Shown here: positions 24,161 through 35,362 of the stretch, piece after piece
Position numbering within the stretch: position 1 is the stretch's first letter
Layout: the number at the start of each line of letters is the position of its first letter
From: Macrostomum hystrix
Lineage: Eukaryota > Animalia > Platyhelminthes
Length of the DNA stretch: 64,000 bases
Direction of reading: 5' to 3'
NCBI GenBank assembly: GCA_950097015.1
Contig: CATNEN010000037.1
Coordinates: 3,720,001 to 3,784,000 of the forward strand
Notes under the pieces: generated by a model
Told to the model about the DNA's origin: nothing
Database searches by the model: none
The model's input: the letters and a program-made list of their open reading frames with translations, nothing else
Position numbers and translations under genes: made by a program

Positions 24161-25928
24161 ACCGCTGTGGGTTTTATAAATATAGCATGAAATCATAGTC
24201 TTACATTCGGAGTCTTCATTTTCATCTGGTGAAAAAAGTGTCAAATTGCCCAGAACTTTTTCATGATGCTGATCGATTTGTTGGAGCTGAAATGAATCAA
24301 TATAGAATATAACAAGCGCTACGGAGCTCCAAAAATTACGTGTACTTCGATCATAATGCGCAAATCTAAGTACGAGTATTATAGATTTATACTGCCTATT
24401 AGCACTTTAACTCTTGGGGTTTGTAATTTGAAGTGATTTCTGAATCGGGGTTCGTAGTGATTGTGTAATTTTTGAAAATTGAACGTATTCTTTCAAACTA
24501 TTGTTTTTTCGTTAAGTATGCAGGCATGGCGCTCTTAAATTTAATTTAAGGAACTTACGCAAGAGATAAAAATTACTAAGTAAAAAATTAATGGTACAGA
24601 CCAGTACGGCCTCCTCTCGATTGAGATACGCTCCTTTCTTAGATGAAGCCATCGTTTTAGGCTTCTGTAAAAAATGAACAAAATAACGCAAGTTAAAAGC
24701 TATTTGAGTTGTTTACTACAAATGAAAAAAAAATAAATCTTACAAATGAGGACCAAACCTAAAAATTGTAAGTTAAAAAATATATTTTTAAATTCAATAG
24801 CTAAAAAATCAATTCAATCGATGCTTGCTAACAAAAATTTAGTTTTAAACACAAATGACGCGGTAGTATTCCGGGTTAGCTAGGTTGATGAATTTAAAGA
24901 AGTCCGTTGCAAATTCGCAGATTCTCCCTTATGTCTATGACATCGCACCACAAACGAGCGACCATCGGGTGGTTCATCCTTTTATTTTGTGTGTATAAAT
25001 TAAGTTCTTTCTAAGAATCTTTACAATTAGATTTTATATGCTCACATGTTTATGCATGTATATGCTTAGTTATATGCTTATATGCATACATCGTGATATT
25101 ATTAAGCACCACTAGAAGAAGACCTTTTGATCTTCTTCTAGTAGTCCTTGTTTATTATTAATTCGGAATGCGTCTCGTCATTCTCGAGTTCTCGTGGAGA
25201 TTCGGAGTCGCTGCTAGGTCTAAGCTTCGACTCGAGATAGCTAGGTCTTAGCTGAAAAAGTGCATGCCTACTGTCTGCGACTTCAAAGCAGTAAGGATAA
25301 ATAAAAGACATATTTTTTAATTAAACGAGTAGCTACAGCTAATTGCTTGATCAAACTTAATTTGAAAGTAAACTGAATGTTAGAAAGTAAATTAGTGTTA
25401 GGTAATATCAGCATATTAAAGTTTCAACTCACAAACAATTAGATTTTACAATTGAGTAATCAACTGCTATATTACTTCTATATTGATTTTACCTTGAACT
25501 AATTTATATAATCACTTATATTTATAGCTAGGCTACAAAAAGATATAAATTTTCCTCTAGTTACTGAAAATCCATGTTTCATTATTATACTTATAGAACA
25601 TAATCAGCATGCTGAAGTTTTACCCACCCACTTATTTACTATTGGTTGTAGGCCTATCCTATGGACAAAATGTATTAACATTTTGGATAGTGAATAATTA
25701 TCATAGCCCACAAAGTTTTTCTTTTGGTCTTATGGCACATATTGGTACATCATGATGTATGTCGATCATGGGACAAAAATTGATGCATAGGCCTAGTGCG
25801 CATCAGCTAGTCATAGGGACTCAAGAGGGCTGGGCCTAGCCTAGGGAAGGCACTAGTCATAACTGGTATACAATAGTATTTTTACTTTGTGCATCTGCAC
25901 AAGGGAAAAATTTTTAATGCCTTCTAGT

Positions 25929-26370
25929 AGGTACCTGGACACTTTGTCATCTTACAACCTTGTCATCCAGATGACGATCTGTCCAATATCTCAGATGGTG
26001 GATGATGAAGAGACTTAGACTTGTGGACACTTCGTCATCTATAAAACAAAAGTTTTCAAAGTTAAAACAGAACCACCCCTCCCCACCCCTCCTCACATCA
26101 TGTTGGCACCTATCTTTCAACTCTTATAATGAAATCAGTTTTCACACCTCTTTTTGACAATTTAGAGTGTGAAGTGTGTTCACACCTCTGCCCCACCACC
26201 CCACCCTCACTTTATTGATGACAAACTTGATTGCTTGTTATTAGTAGATGACAAACTGACCAAACTTTAAAGCATGCCAATTGGCTGGATGACAAAGTGT
26301 CCTACCTTCCAAGTCGATGACAAGGTTGCAAGATGATGAAGTTGTAAGATGACAAAGTGTCTAGGATCCT
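25929..26370. mobile_element. MITE, 442 bp, with TIRs and subterminal TGTCATC/GATGACA repeats
   Basis: Left AGGTACCTGGACACTTTGTCATCTTACAAC; right end reverse complement AGGATCCTAGACACTTTGTCATCTTACAAC; direct repeat TTCTAGT at 25922-25928 and 26371-26377. Confidence 0.8.
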
Positions 26371-28463
26371 TTCTAGTACACACATGGTATGATCCTGACT
26401 ATAGCTCAAATAGGTAACTAAAAAGCCAATTAAGAGCCAATTTAGACTGAGCAGATCATTTAATTAGCTCAGTTGGATTGTTTTTATATTCGGCAAATAT
26501 ACAATCACCCAATTTTGGCAAAACAGTTATTATGTCTAAGCCAAGACTACTAGTATTAGCATAGTATGTCTCTATTATCTCTTATCACATTAGCTAGGGT
26601 AATGTATCATCAACCAAACAAGAATGTGTATTTTTTTAACTTCAAACCTAAGCTACAGATTTTCTATTTAAGATATGATGATAAATCAAAAGCCAAGTTA
26701 TAGAAAACAGTTACATCTTTCTAAAAAGTATCTGCTTTTGCTATTTTATCAAATAGAAAAAAGTTATTCCTGCTTTTTTTCTAAAACCGAACAATGATTT
26801 TCATGTATCTTCAAACCAAACAGAGAATTTGATGTTTGGTTTTAAAATTTGAGTGAGTGGTTTAATCTTATTTTAAGGAGTTAACTATCATGAATTATGT
26901 CATTTGAAGGCATTTTTCATGCTCTATAAATAACTACATTTATGGTCATTTAATTGGCAAGCAACCACATACAATCTTAGTCTAAAGTACATACTGAAAA
27001 AATGTTGTTAAAAAGTATGCTTTTGCAATAAAAAATTCTACTGAAACATCAATATCTTTCTTTCCTCTTAATGCTTCATTGCACATCATGCCTCAGCTTG
27101 TAGATAATTTCTTCAACTTTCAAATTAGTTGTTCTGTGAAACACAATAGCTTGTTTCTGTCTTGCATAAGACCAAGGAAGAAGTCAAAATTCTTGTTCGG
27201 TTTTGAAGATACACTGTTCGGTTGATGATACATTACCCTACTAAGAACTGGAATATATTATAGAGGCCAAATCATTTTTTACAGTATCAGTATCTATTAT
27301 ATATATATCATGTATAAGGTATACAACTATATGCTATAGCAGCCAATTTTTATCTGTCACCTTTTTATTGTTGCCCCTTTTAAGTGTTGCCTTTTTAATT
27401 TGTAGCCATTAAAATATTTGAGGATCTTGGATAGGACTGTCAGCTTTAAGTCATTAATTTGGCTAGGGTCTTATTTTTTTAGGATTGGTATTTTAATTGT
27501 GTCCAATCCTTACTTGCCTCTTGATGCTCAAGCTTGATTTTTAACTTCAGTAAACAATATTCTTTTTTATGCCCAGAGCATTGTTTTTTAAAGTGGGGAC
27601 CCTAAAAGGCTAGAATCTTTAAGAGATTCAAATTAGCAGTTATGATTTAATAGGCCTATAGTTTACAGTGTGGCTACTAGGCTAGTTATTCTTTAACTAT
27701 TCTGTCTATCTAAAAATTTATATTTTCTTGATTGAGAAAAGATGCTCAGCAATATTTGCCTTTTTTTATTCTATTGACCATTGCCATTAATTAAAAATTA
27801 AATATATGTACAGTTTTAGTTACTGGCAAGCACTACATCTGATAACCGTCAATATAAACTTGTTTTTTAATATATTCAGGCATTTCAGCATATTTTAGGT
27901 GCAAAAAATATTTTATGAAATGCTCATAGTTTATGATAGAAAGATATACAGAACAGAAAATATACAAGATTGTGTAAAACTGGTCTTCCATGATTCTTTC
28001 TGCTGTAGCTCTTAATTCGAACCAGAAATGTTTAGAATTCAAGTCATAATTTCTTTGTTGAGAAGTTTCATTTTGTTGGGCACAACCGTAGAAGCTGAAG
28101 TGTTGCTAATTTATTCAAATATTGGCCCATCTGCAAAAGTTAGGTTTTGTTTGTAAATTAATATGATTTTTGGGTGTTTATTGTTGCTGTTAAGGTTCAT
28201 CATTATCAAAGTGTGATTGTAACACAGTGGCTATCTCATTGTAAGCAAGTTTTTTAGGAGCCTAAAATTCCATAATATTTTTAATGAGCCCAGTAAATAG
28301 GTTATCCTAAGTGAAAGTAGTTATCCGAGCTAGTTTAGGTATAAGCATATGAAATTACATATTTCCACAATAGCGTTAGCACTATATTTTGTTAGTTAAC
28401 AAATAGTTGTTAAAATATTTACCATGTGTGTACTTGTTTCATTTTTAACTAATCGAATTTCAG

Positions 28464-29966
28464 GACAGTCCGCACAACACCAGCAAGCAGCAGCGGGAGC
28501 TGGAGCAGGCCGCCAGGCGGGCAGAGCGCGAGAGAAAACGCCTGGAAAAAGAGGCCGAGAAGCGGGCCAAAGAGGAGGAGCGGCTTAAGAAGGAGGAGGA
28601 GCGCCGGCTAAAAAAGGAAGAGGAGGCTCGCAAAAGAGACGAAGAACGAAAGGCCAAGGAGGAGGAGAAGAAGGCCAAGGAAGAAGAGAGAAAGGCCAAG
28701 GAAGAAGAGAAGGCCAAATTAAAAGAAGCAAAAGAAGAAGAGAAAAAAGCCAAAGAGGAAGAGAAGGCAAAGCTAAAAGAGGCAAAGGAGGAGGAGCGAA
28801 AGGCCAAAGAGGAGGAAAGGAAGGCCAAAGAGGATGAGAGGCTAAAGAAGATAGAGGAGGAGCGCCGGCAGAAGGAGAAGCAGGCCAGTCTCCTTGCTAG
28901 TTTCTTTATAAAAAAATCATCAGATAGGGCCCAATCGGAGGTCGGTGGTTCGGGTCAAACAGAAGAGGCCACAGCTGCGGATGACAAGCGCCGATTCATG
29001 CCGTTTCCGTTGCGTAAGGACGCTCGCCTCTGTCCGATTATTCGCCGCGAGCCGATGACAGAGGCTGAACGGGAAAAGCTTGAGCAGTACTTAATTGACG
29101 ATGCGAATCCAGAGCCTCAGTCCATTCTTACCGAGCTGAAGCATCGCAGAGGCCGCACCTGCGCCCAGACCTGGCCGCTTAAGGAATTTCTACAGGGTGG
29201 CGCCGATGCCGACATTGTCATGGTAGCCGAGACGACGCCTTCGCTGCGCAAATGCAAGCTGCTGCAGTTCTGCGAGAATCACCGGCCAGCCTATTACGGC
29301 ACCTGGACTAAGCGTAGCCGAGCCATCACCGGGCGTACCCCATTGAGCATAGACTCAAACTCGCTAAACTACGATGTCGATAGTGAGGCCGAATGGGAAG
29401 AAGAAGGCGAGGGCGAAGATCTCGATGCTTCCGAGGGCGGCGACCTCGAGGAGGCCGGCGACGAGGATGAGGACGAAGAAGAGGCGGCCGCGTTTGTGGT
29501 ACCGCACGGATACCTGAGCGATGACGAGGGCGAGAACGTCGCCGAAGATAATGCCGAGGATGACGCTGAGGATGCCGAGACCCGCAAAAAGCGGCAACTG
29601 CTCCGCCAGCGAGCCTTCGAGGAGAGTCAACTAAAGAAGGTGCAGCGCCTCAGGCCGATTTTAATCGGTATCAGTTTCAGCGAGCTAGCCGAGATTGCCG
29701 AGGAGGCGGCCTTCTGCTGCCACGAGCCGCTGCCGATTGATTGCGACCCGCCGCCGGCGCCTCCGCCTTCTAGCCAGCCTGCGACGCCGGACGAAGCCGG
29801 CCGGAAGCGACAGGGCTCCGCTAAGCGCGCCCGCGCCGGCTCCAGCTCGGGTCAGCAGCAGGGCGCCTCCCCAGCCACCGCCGAGTCGGCCAAGAAGAAG
29901 CGTCGCCCCATCACCGACTTCTTTCAGTCGCCGTCTTCGGAGAAGAAGCTTCCTGTACAAAATTAG
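28464..29966 (+). CDS. CHAF1A: Chromatin assembly factor 1 subunit A (p150)
   Basis: Open frame of 500 codons from acceptor TTTCAG at 28463: KER coiled coil, PIP-like QASLLASFF, KLLQFCENHRPAYYGTW, YDVDSEAEWEE, acidic domain, FVVPHGYLSDDEG. No in-frame ATG before 28998. Confidence 0.92.
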   Translation, partial: DSPHNTSKQQRELEQAARRAERERKRLEKEAEKRAKEEERLKKEEERRLKKEEEARKRDEERKAKEEEKKAKEEERKAKEEEKAKLKEAKEEEKKAKEEEKAKLKEAKEEERKAKEEERKAKEDERLKKIEEERRQKEKQASLLASFFIKKSSDRAQSEVGGSGQTEEATAADDKRRFMPFPLRKDARLCPIIRREPMTEAEREKLEQYLIDDANPEPQSILTELKHRRGRTCAQTWPLKEFLQGGADADIVMVAETTPSLRKCKLLQFCENHRPAYYGTWTKRSRAITGRTPLSIDSNSLNYDVDSEAEWEEEGEGEDLDASEGGDLEEAGDEDEDEEEAAAFVVPHGYLSDDEGENVAEDNAEDDAEDAETRKKRQLLRQRAFEESQLKKVQRLRPILIGISFSELAEIAEEAAFCCHEPLPIDCDPPPAPPPSSQPATPDEAGRKRQGSAKRARAGSSSGQQQGASPATAESAKKKRRPITDFFQSPSSEKKLPVQN

Positions 29967-32896
29967 CTGGCCGGTGTTTTAATTGCGTCAGTTTTGCGTG
30001 TCTAATGCAACAAGTCGAATAGTTTTTTAATGGAATTTCATTCGGCGCGACTTGTCTAAGTTAATAAAGCCAAGCAAAGTGATCGCGACTCATCATTTGT
30101 TGGGTATTGGTCATGCATGCATTATGTACAAATTTGGTGTTTTTTCTATTTTTACAATATTGGTTACTTCAAGTAGTATTCTTGAAGAATTTGACGCTCG
30201 ACGCATTTGAAGTTTTGCCCCGAACGTAGTTCGACGTTCAGGTTTGTCGCATTTGAAATTTTTGACCCAGTCATCATTATTAATCTTATTACTTCTAGTG
30301 AAACGCGTGACTGATTGGTTACCTTTTTCAATGTAATCTTAGAGGCTGATACTTTGAGTTGGGTTTAGTAAAGTATTGCATAAAATATTCTGCTATTATA
30401 GTAACGAGATACCATAAGGTTAATCGAGTAGCGAATGATTGGTAATTGGTAAGTCCTGTTAATTCCTATATCTAACACACGCAATGAATATATTTCTTAA
30501 CTGTAGATGATGTCGTTTAGTAAACTGTGAGGAAGAACTTGTGGTTAAAGCAAAAATGATTCGCTTTAATGTGATTTGTTTTAAGTGGCATGTTGATAAC
30601 TTATATGTTCTTAGTTGCAACAACATTGCATGAAATATGAAGCAACGCCCTGCTGTTTAAATATATCTTAATAATTTCAATCTGAAGTTAGTAATTTTAT
30701 TATAATCATTAATCTGATTCTGAAACTTTCAAACTCCTTTGGTTATGATGTACTGTGTTTCATTTTTATTTATACTGCATAGCTCGTTACTCTACAACGC
30801 TAGTCTTTCTAGTTTCGTATTCTAGCGAGTGGACAGACGTCCTTGGATTTCATTTTGTGAATCGTCTCAACTTCAATATTTTTTACGGGTCAAAATTATA
30901 ATTCGCCGCATATGACTTATACACGAAATTATTGCGCTAATGAAGTCAAATAACTTCTATCGGCATGTCAGCCGTAAGCTATATCAGCCATTAGTACTTT
31001 AAGTAATATAATATTACACGTTTGACTAGTAAGTATTATGTTTATCGTTTAAAACAGAAGCAAACTACTCTTTTTGGTTAGTCTTATCTGTAGTAGATCT
31101 GCGTGTTATTTCCGAATTGTCAGTGCTCTAACCTCATCACATGAGCAAGCGCTTAAATAAGATGTCATGTTAAAAGCAACGATTCGATATTCTGCCTCAC
31201 TCTCGTTGGTGCCTAGTAGATTATCCACCTGTTTCCCAAACCTCAATTGAGTTTCTTTATAAATTCATTCGGAAAGGTTAGTCAGAGAAAATTACTATTT
31301 CAAAAATGATTCCGTAATACTTTCGGCTTCGGGACAAATGAAAAACAGTTCCTTGCCTAACATCGGGATAAACGAATTCTGTTTGCACTTTCCGTTTTAA
31401 TTTGAAATTTAGTTACTCCGCTTAATTTATTGTATCAGGTGCCAGTATCTTCTATACAACTTTACTCGCAATTATTTCTCCTTAAATAGTAACAGTCGGA
31501 TTGCTACTTATAATCAGTCACTAAACAATCATTAATAACTGCTGATTAGAAATCTAAAAACTAGGCTTATAGTAACTATCAAGATAACAGACATTACTTT
31601 GTATTTAATGACACATGTATTGCATTGTATACCTAGTCCTAGCATGCTTGCTCATTTTGCAGCTTTTAATTCATGTCCCTAACTATGTACCTAAAGGATG
31701 GGATGGAACATGGTTTAAATATGTTCCTATAAACCATGTGTTGTTGGATAATAATATAAAAATAAAAATATGTAATATAAAAATCATGATAACATGATGA
31801 TGATAAAATCATGATATATGTTTTTTTGCTTATCACACTAAATTGAATCTCTCAGATGTTCTGCAAATTTCCTGTATAAATCCTAAAATATCAGTAAATT
31901 TAGCCTGACATCAATCTAGCGTTATAGATAATTGGTGCAAATGCCTCAAATATGGCATATTTCTTATCAACTAGGGGGCCTATATCATTCATCTTAGTTT
32001 TTTAATTAACAAATCAATTACTTTAATTTAAGTTTAAAGTTACTTTCTTTAAACTTTAAGTTTAAATTTTAATATTAATATAAAGTTTACTTTCATTATT
32101 AGGCCTAGTTTCAATGAAAGACATGTTCTCTAACTATGTACAAGTTAATCAAAGCTTTCAGTTTCTTTTTTAGTATTAAAGTCTTAGGCCTATTGTCTTA
32201 GTCTTAGTATTTAGACCTTATTGCCATGGTTTTAATGTAGAAAATACAATATCCAATAGGTCTAGTCTTCTGTGCCAATAAGCAGGCCTTGTTGCTGAGC
32301 ACTGTAGCAATAGGCCTAGTCTAATTCTAATTCTTTCAAGCAAGAAGATTCTCTAGCTATAAAAATATGATTGCTTATTTCTCTAGCTGACAAAATCTAG
32401 TTTTATCTAGGTGTGAAATCCTAGTTTTATATATTTATTTTATTTATTTATTTAAATTTATTTTTATTTATTTAATTTCTTTTAATTATTTATTTATGCG
32501 ATTTTGGACTATTACTTGGGTGTTGGTTTGGGATCAGATATTTTTTTTATTCAGTTACAACAAATTGGGTTTCTGGTCAGTTATCTAGAAAATCTATAAA
32601 AAGAGTTTCAGAATTTGGCAATATTATTCTTTAAATCCAATAGTTTTTACCATTTTATTTCCTTAAAGTAGGGGTTCTATTAACTGAAAAAATGTTTCCT
32701 TAAAAAAGGAAATTAAAATAAAAGTTGTTACATGTTAATAAAAATTTGAGGCAAAAATATTATGCTCAATTGTGACTGTCACACAGCTAATTTTTTAAAG
32801 TAATTTTACTAGTTGAGAATCAACAGAAGCTGACTATAAAGATAAAAGAAATAACCATTGAATTTCATCTCTTTATAAATAAAAATAATTTTTGGG

Positions 32897-33210
32897 GAAG
32901 GGCTGCATGGAATGACACATCATTTAGTGACACTAGACATGTAGCCAGCAAGGAAGCAATTCTGCCCATTTTGCTGAATCCTTTGCACACAGGCACACAC
33001 TCACACAGATGTGTACATCTGCCCTGACTTTCTTGTTGTCACATAGTGTATACTCTCACTGTGCCTTGGAGGTTGGCCCTCAAGGGCGTTAATAGCACAA
33101 CAAGCCCCCAAGCCTTCTTTGTGCCTCAAATAAATGTGACCTTGCCGCAGAATCAAACTCAGGGACCTTGGCATGAGAAGCAAAGGCATTAACTGCTCTG
33201 CCATTGACCC
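32897..33210 (-). mobile_element. SINE family A, CpG-decayed copy
   Basis: Colinear with 4428-4790, with most CG changed to TG or CA. Confidence 0.88.
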
Positions 33211-33437
33211 TGTAATTTCAGCTGTTTTTGTGTACCTATAAATTGTGAAAGTCTTGTTAAGTTTGACCAAAATAGGCCAGAATTCAGGGCATAACATAAC
33301 TAATCCCTTTCATTTTTCTGAAAATTTAGTAATAATAAAGTGCAACTTGTTAATGTACATGTTGATGTTGGTTACAAAATAGGCTAAGTATTTACTATAC
33401 ATAGTGTGTGTTAATCCACAACAAAACTGATTTGCAG

Positions 33438-33770
33438 ATGCTGCGCACTCTTGTCCGACCAATCAGCTGCCTGTCTGGGGCTGCCACTAATCCTCTAGTA
33501 GCCTTCACCAGACCCCTGGCTGCCGCCGCCTCCTCGCCCAGCGATCCCATCCAGAAGTTGTTCGTTGAAAAGATTCGCGAATACAAGAAGAAGCAGTCCG
33601 GTGCCAAGGACGGCCTAGTCGACGCTACGCCGGAGTCGTTGCGCGAGTTCAACGACATGCTCGAACGCGTCGAGCGTCAGTTCGAAGCCAAAGGGCAGGA
33701 CATGACCAGCTTTCCGAAGTTCGAATTCAAGGATCCTGTTCTGCAAAATCCTAGCGCTTCGAGCCGTTGA
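33438..33770 (+). CDS. ATP5PF: Mitochondrial ATP synthase coupling factor 6
   Basis: DPIQKLFVEKIREY...FPKFEFKDP; basic N-terminal presequence; ATG directly follows acceptor TTTGCAG. Confidence 0.93.
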   Translation: MLRTLVRPISCLSGAATNPLVAFTRPLAAAASSPSDPIQKLFVEKIREYKKKQSGAKDGLVDATPESLREFNDMLERVERQFEAKGQDMTSFPKFEFKDPVLQNPSASSR

Positions 33771-34234
33771 GAAATGGCGTTAGAACTCTATGAACTGAAA
33801 ACTGTACTAGATTTAATATGGCAACAGTAGTAACACTAACAAAGCGTCACTTTAGTACAACCATAGTAGTGTTTTTTATCTAATTAAATATTAATCCACT
33901 TCTTAGACAACCTTGAAATGATTAGTGATTCAAGAATATTAAGTATATTTAATACGACACAGGGCTATAAAATATATACACTAAACAGAGTGTTTAGTTA
34001 ATCGGAGCTGTACATCTCTCTGTCAGACCGTGGTGCGATTGACAGCTCGCTAGTTACTTGTTCATTGCGCTTTTTAATTCCTTTTCGCAACTTCGATTAG
34101 AGCTACACGTTCACATGTTTAGAGTTTAGAGATTAGACGAAACGATTAGAGTTTCCTTAGTTTGAAATCTGCGCAAACCCCGTGTTGCTGTGGCACCCAT
34201 TGTATGCTACAATATCTATCAATCAATCACCAGT

Positions 34235-35275
34235 TACCTTGATCTATCCCACAGTAACCTTGATCTATCCCCCAGTTACCTTGATCTATCCCCCAGTTAC
34301 TTTGATCTATCCCCAGTTAATTTGAACTATACCCCAGTAACCTTGATCTATCCTTCAGTTACCTTGATCTATCCCCCAGTTACCTTGATCTATCCCACAG
34401 TTACCTTGATCTATCCCCCAGTTACTTTGATCTATCCCCCAGTTACTTTGAACTATACCCCAGTTACCTTGATCTATCTCCCAGTTACCTTGATCTATCC
34501 CCCAGTTACTTTTATCTATCGCCCCGTTACCTTGATCTACCCCCAGTTACCTTGATCTATCCCCCAGTTACTTTGATCTATCCCCCAGTTACTTTGAACT
34601 ATACCCCAGTTACCTTGATCTATCTCCCAGTTACCTTGATCTATCCCCCAGTTACTTTTATCTATCGCCCCGTTACCTTGATCTACCCCCAGTTACCTTG
34701 ATCTATCCCCCAGTTACCTTGATCTATCCCCCAGTTACCTTGATCCATCCCCCAGTTACTTTGAACTATACCCCAGAAACCTTGATCTATACCCCAGTTA
34801 CCTTGATCTATCCCCCAGTTACCTTGATCTATCCCCAGTTACTTTGATCTATCCCCAGTTACTTTGATCTATCCCCAGTTACTTTGATCTATCCCCCAGT
34901 TACCCTGATCTATCCCCAGTAACCTTGATCTATCCCCAGTTAATTTGAACTATACCCCAGTAACCTTGATCTATCCCCAGTTACTTTGATCTATCCCCAG
35001 TTACTTTGATCTATCCCCAGTTACTTTGATCTATCCCCCAGTTACCCTGATCTATCCCCAGTTACCTTGATCTATCCCCAGTTAATTTGAACTATACCCC
35101 AGTAACCTTGATCTATCCCACAGTTACCTTGATCTATCCCCCAGTAACCTTGATCTATCCCCCAGTTACTTTGATCTATCCCCAGTTAATTTGAACTATA
35201 CCCCAGTTACCTTGATCTATCCCCCAGTTACTTTGATCTATCCCCAGTTACTTTGATCTATCCCCAGTTACCATG
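34235..35275. repeat. 20-21-bp minisatellite (CCCAGTTACCTTGATCTATCC)
   Basis: About 50 units between ATP5PF and the EXOSC10 acceptor. Confidence 0.96.
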
Positions 35276-35362
35276 ATTTAGTCTGCAGTTTTGTTAGAGT
35301 ATTTTCAGTCACCTTAGCCTGATATATTGATTTTCCTTGCCACTTTTGCCACCCATTTGCAG

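Noticed and set aside
32897-32970. Apparent compensatory base-pair changes in SINE A stems
   Set aside because: The changes are mostly CG to CA on one arm and CG to TG on the other, as expected from CpG deamination, so they do not show selection on RNA structure
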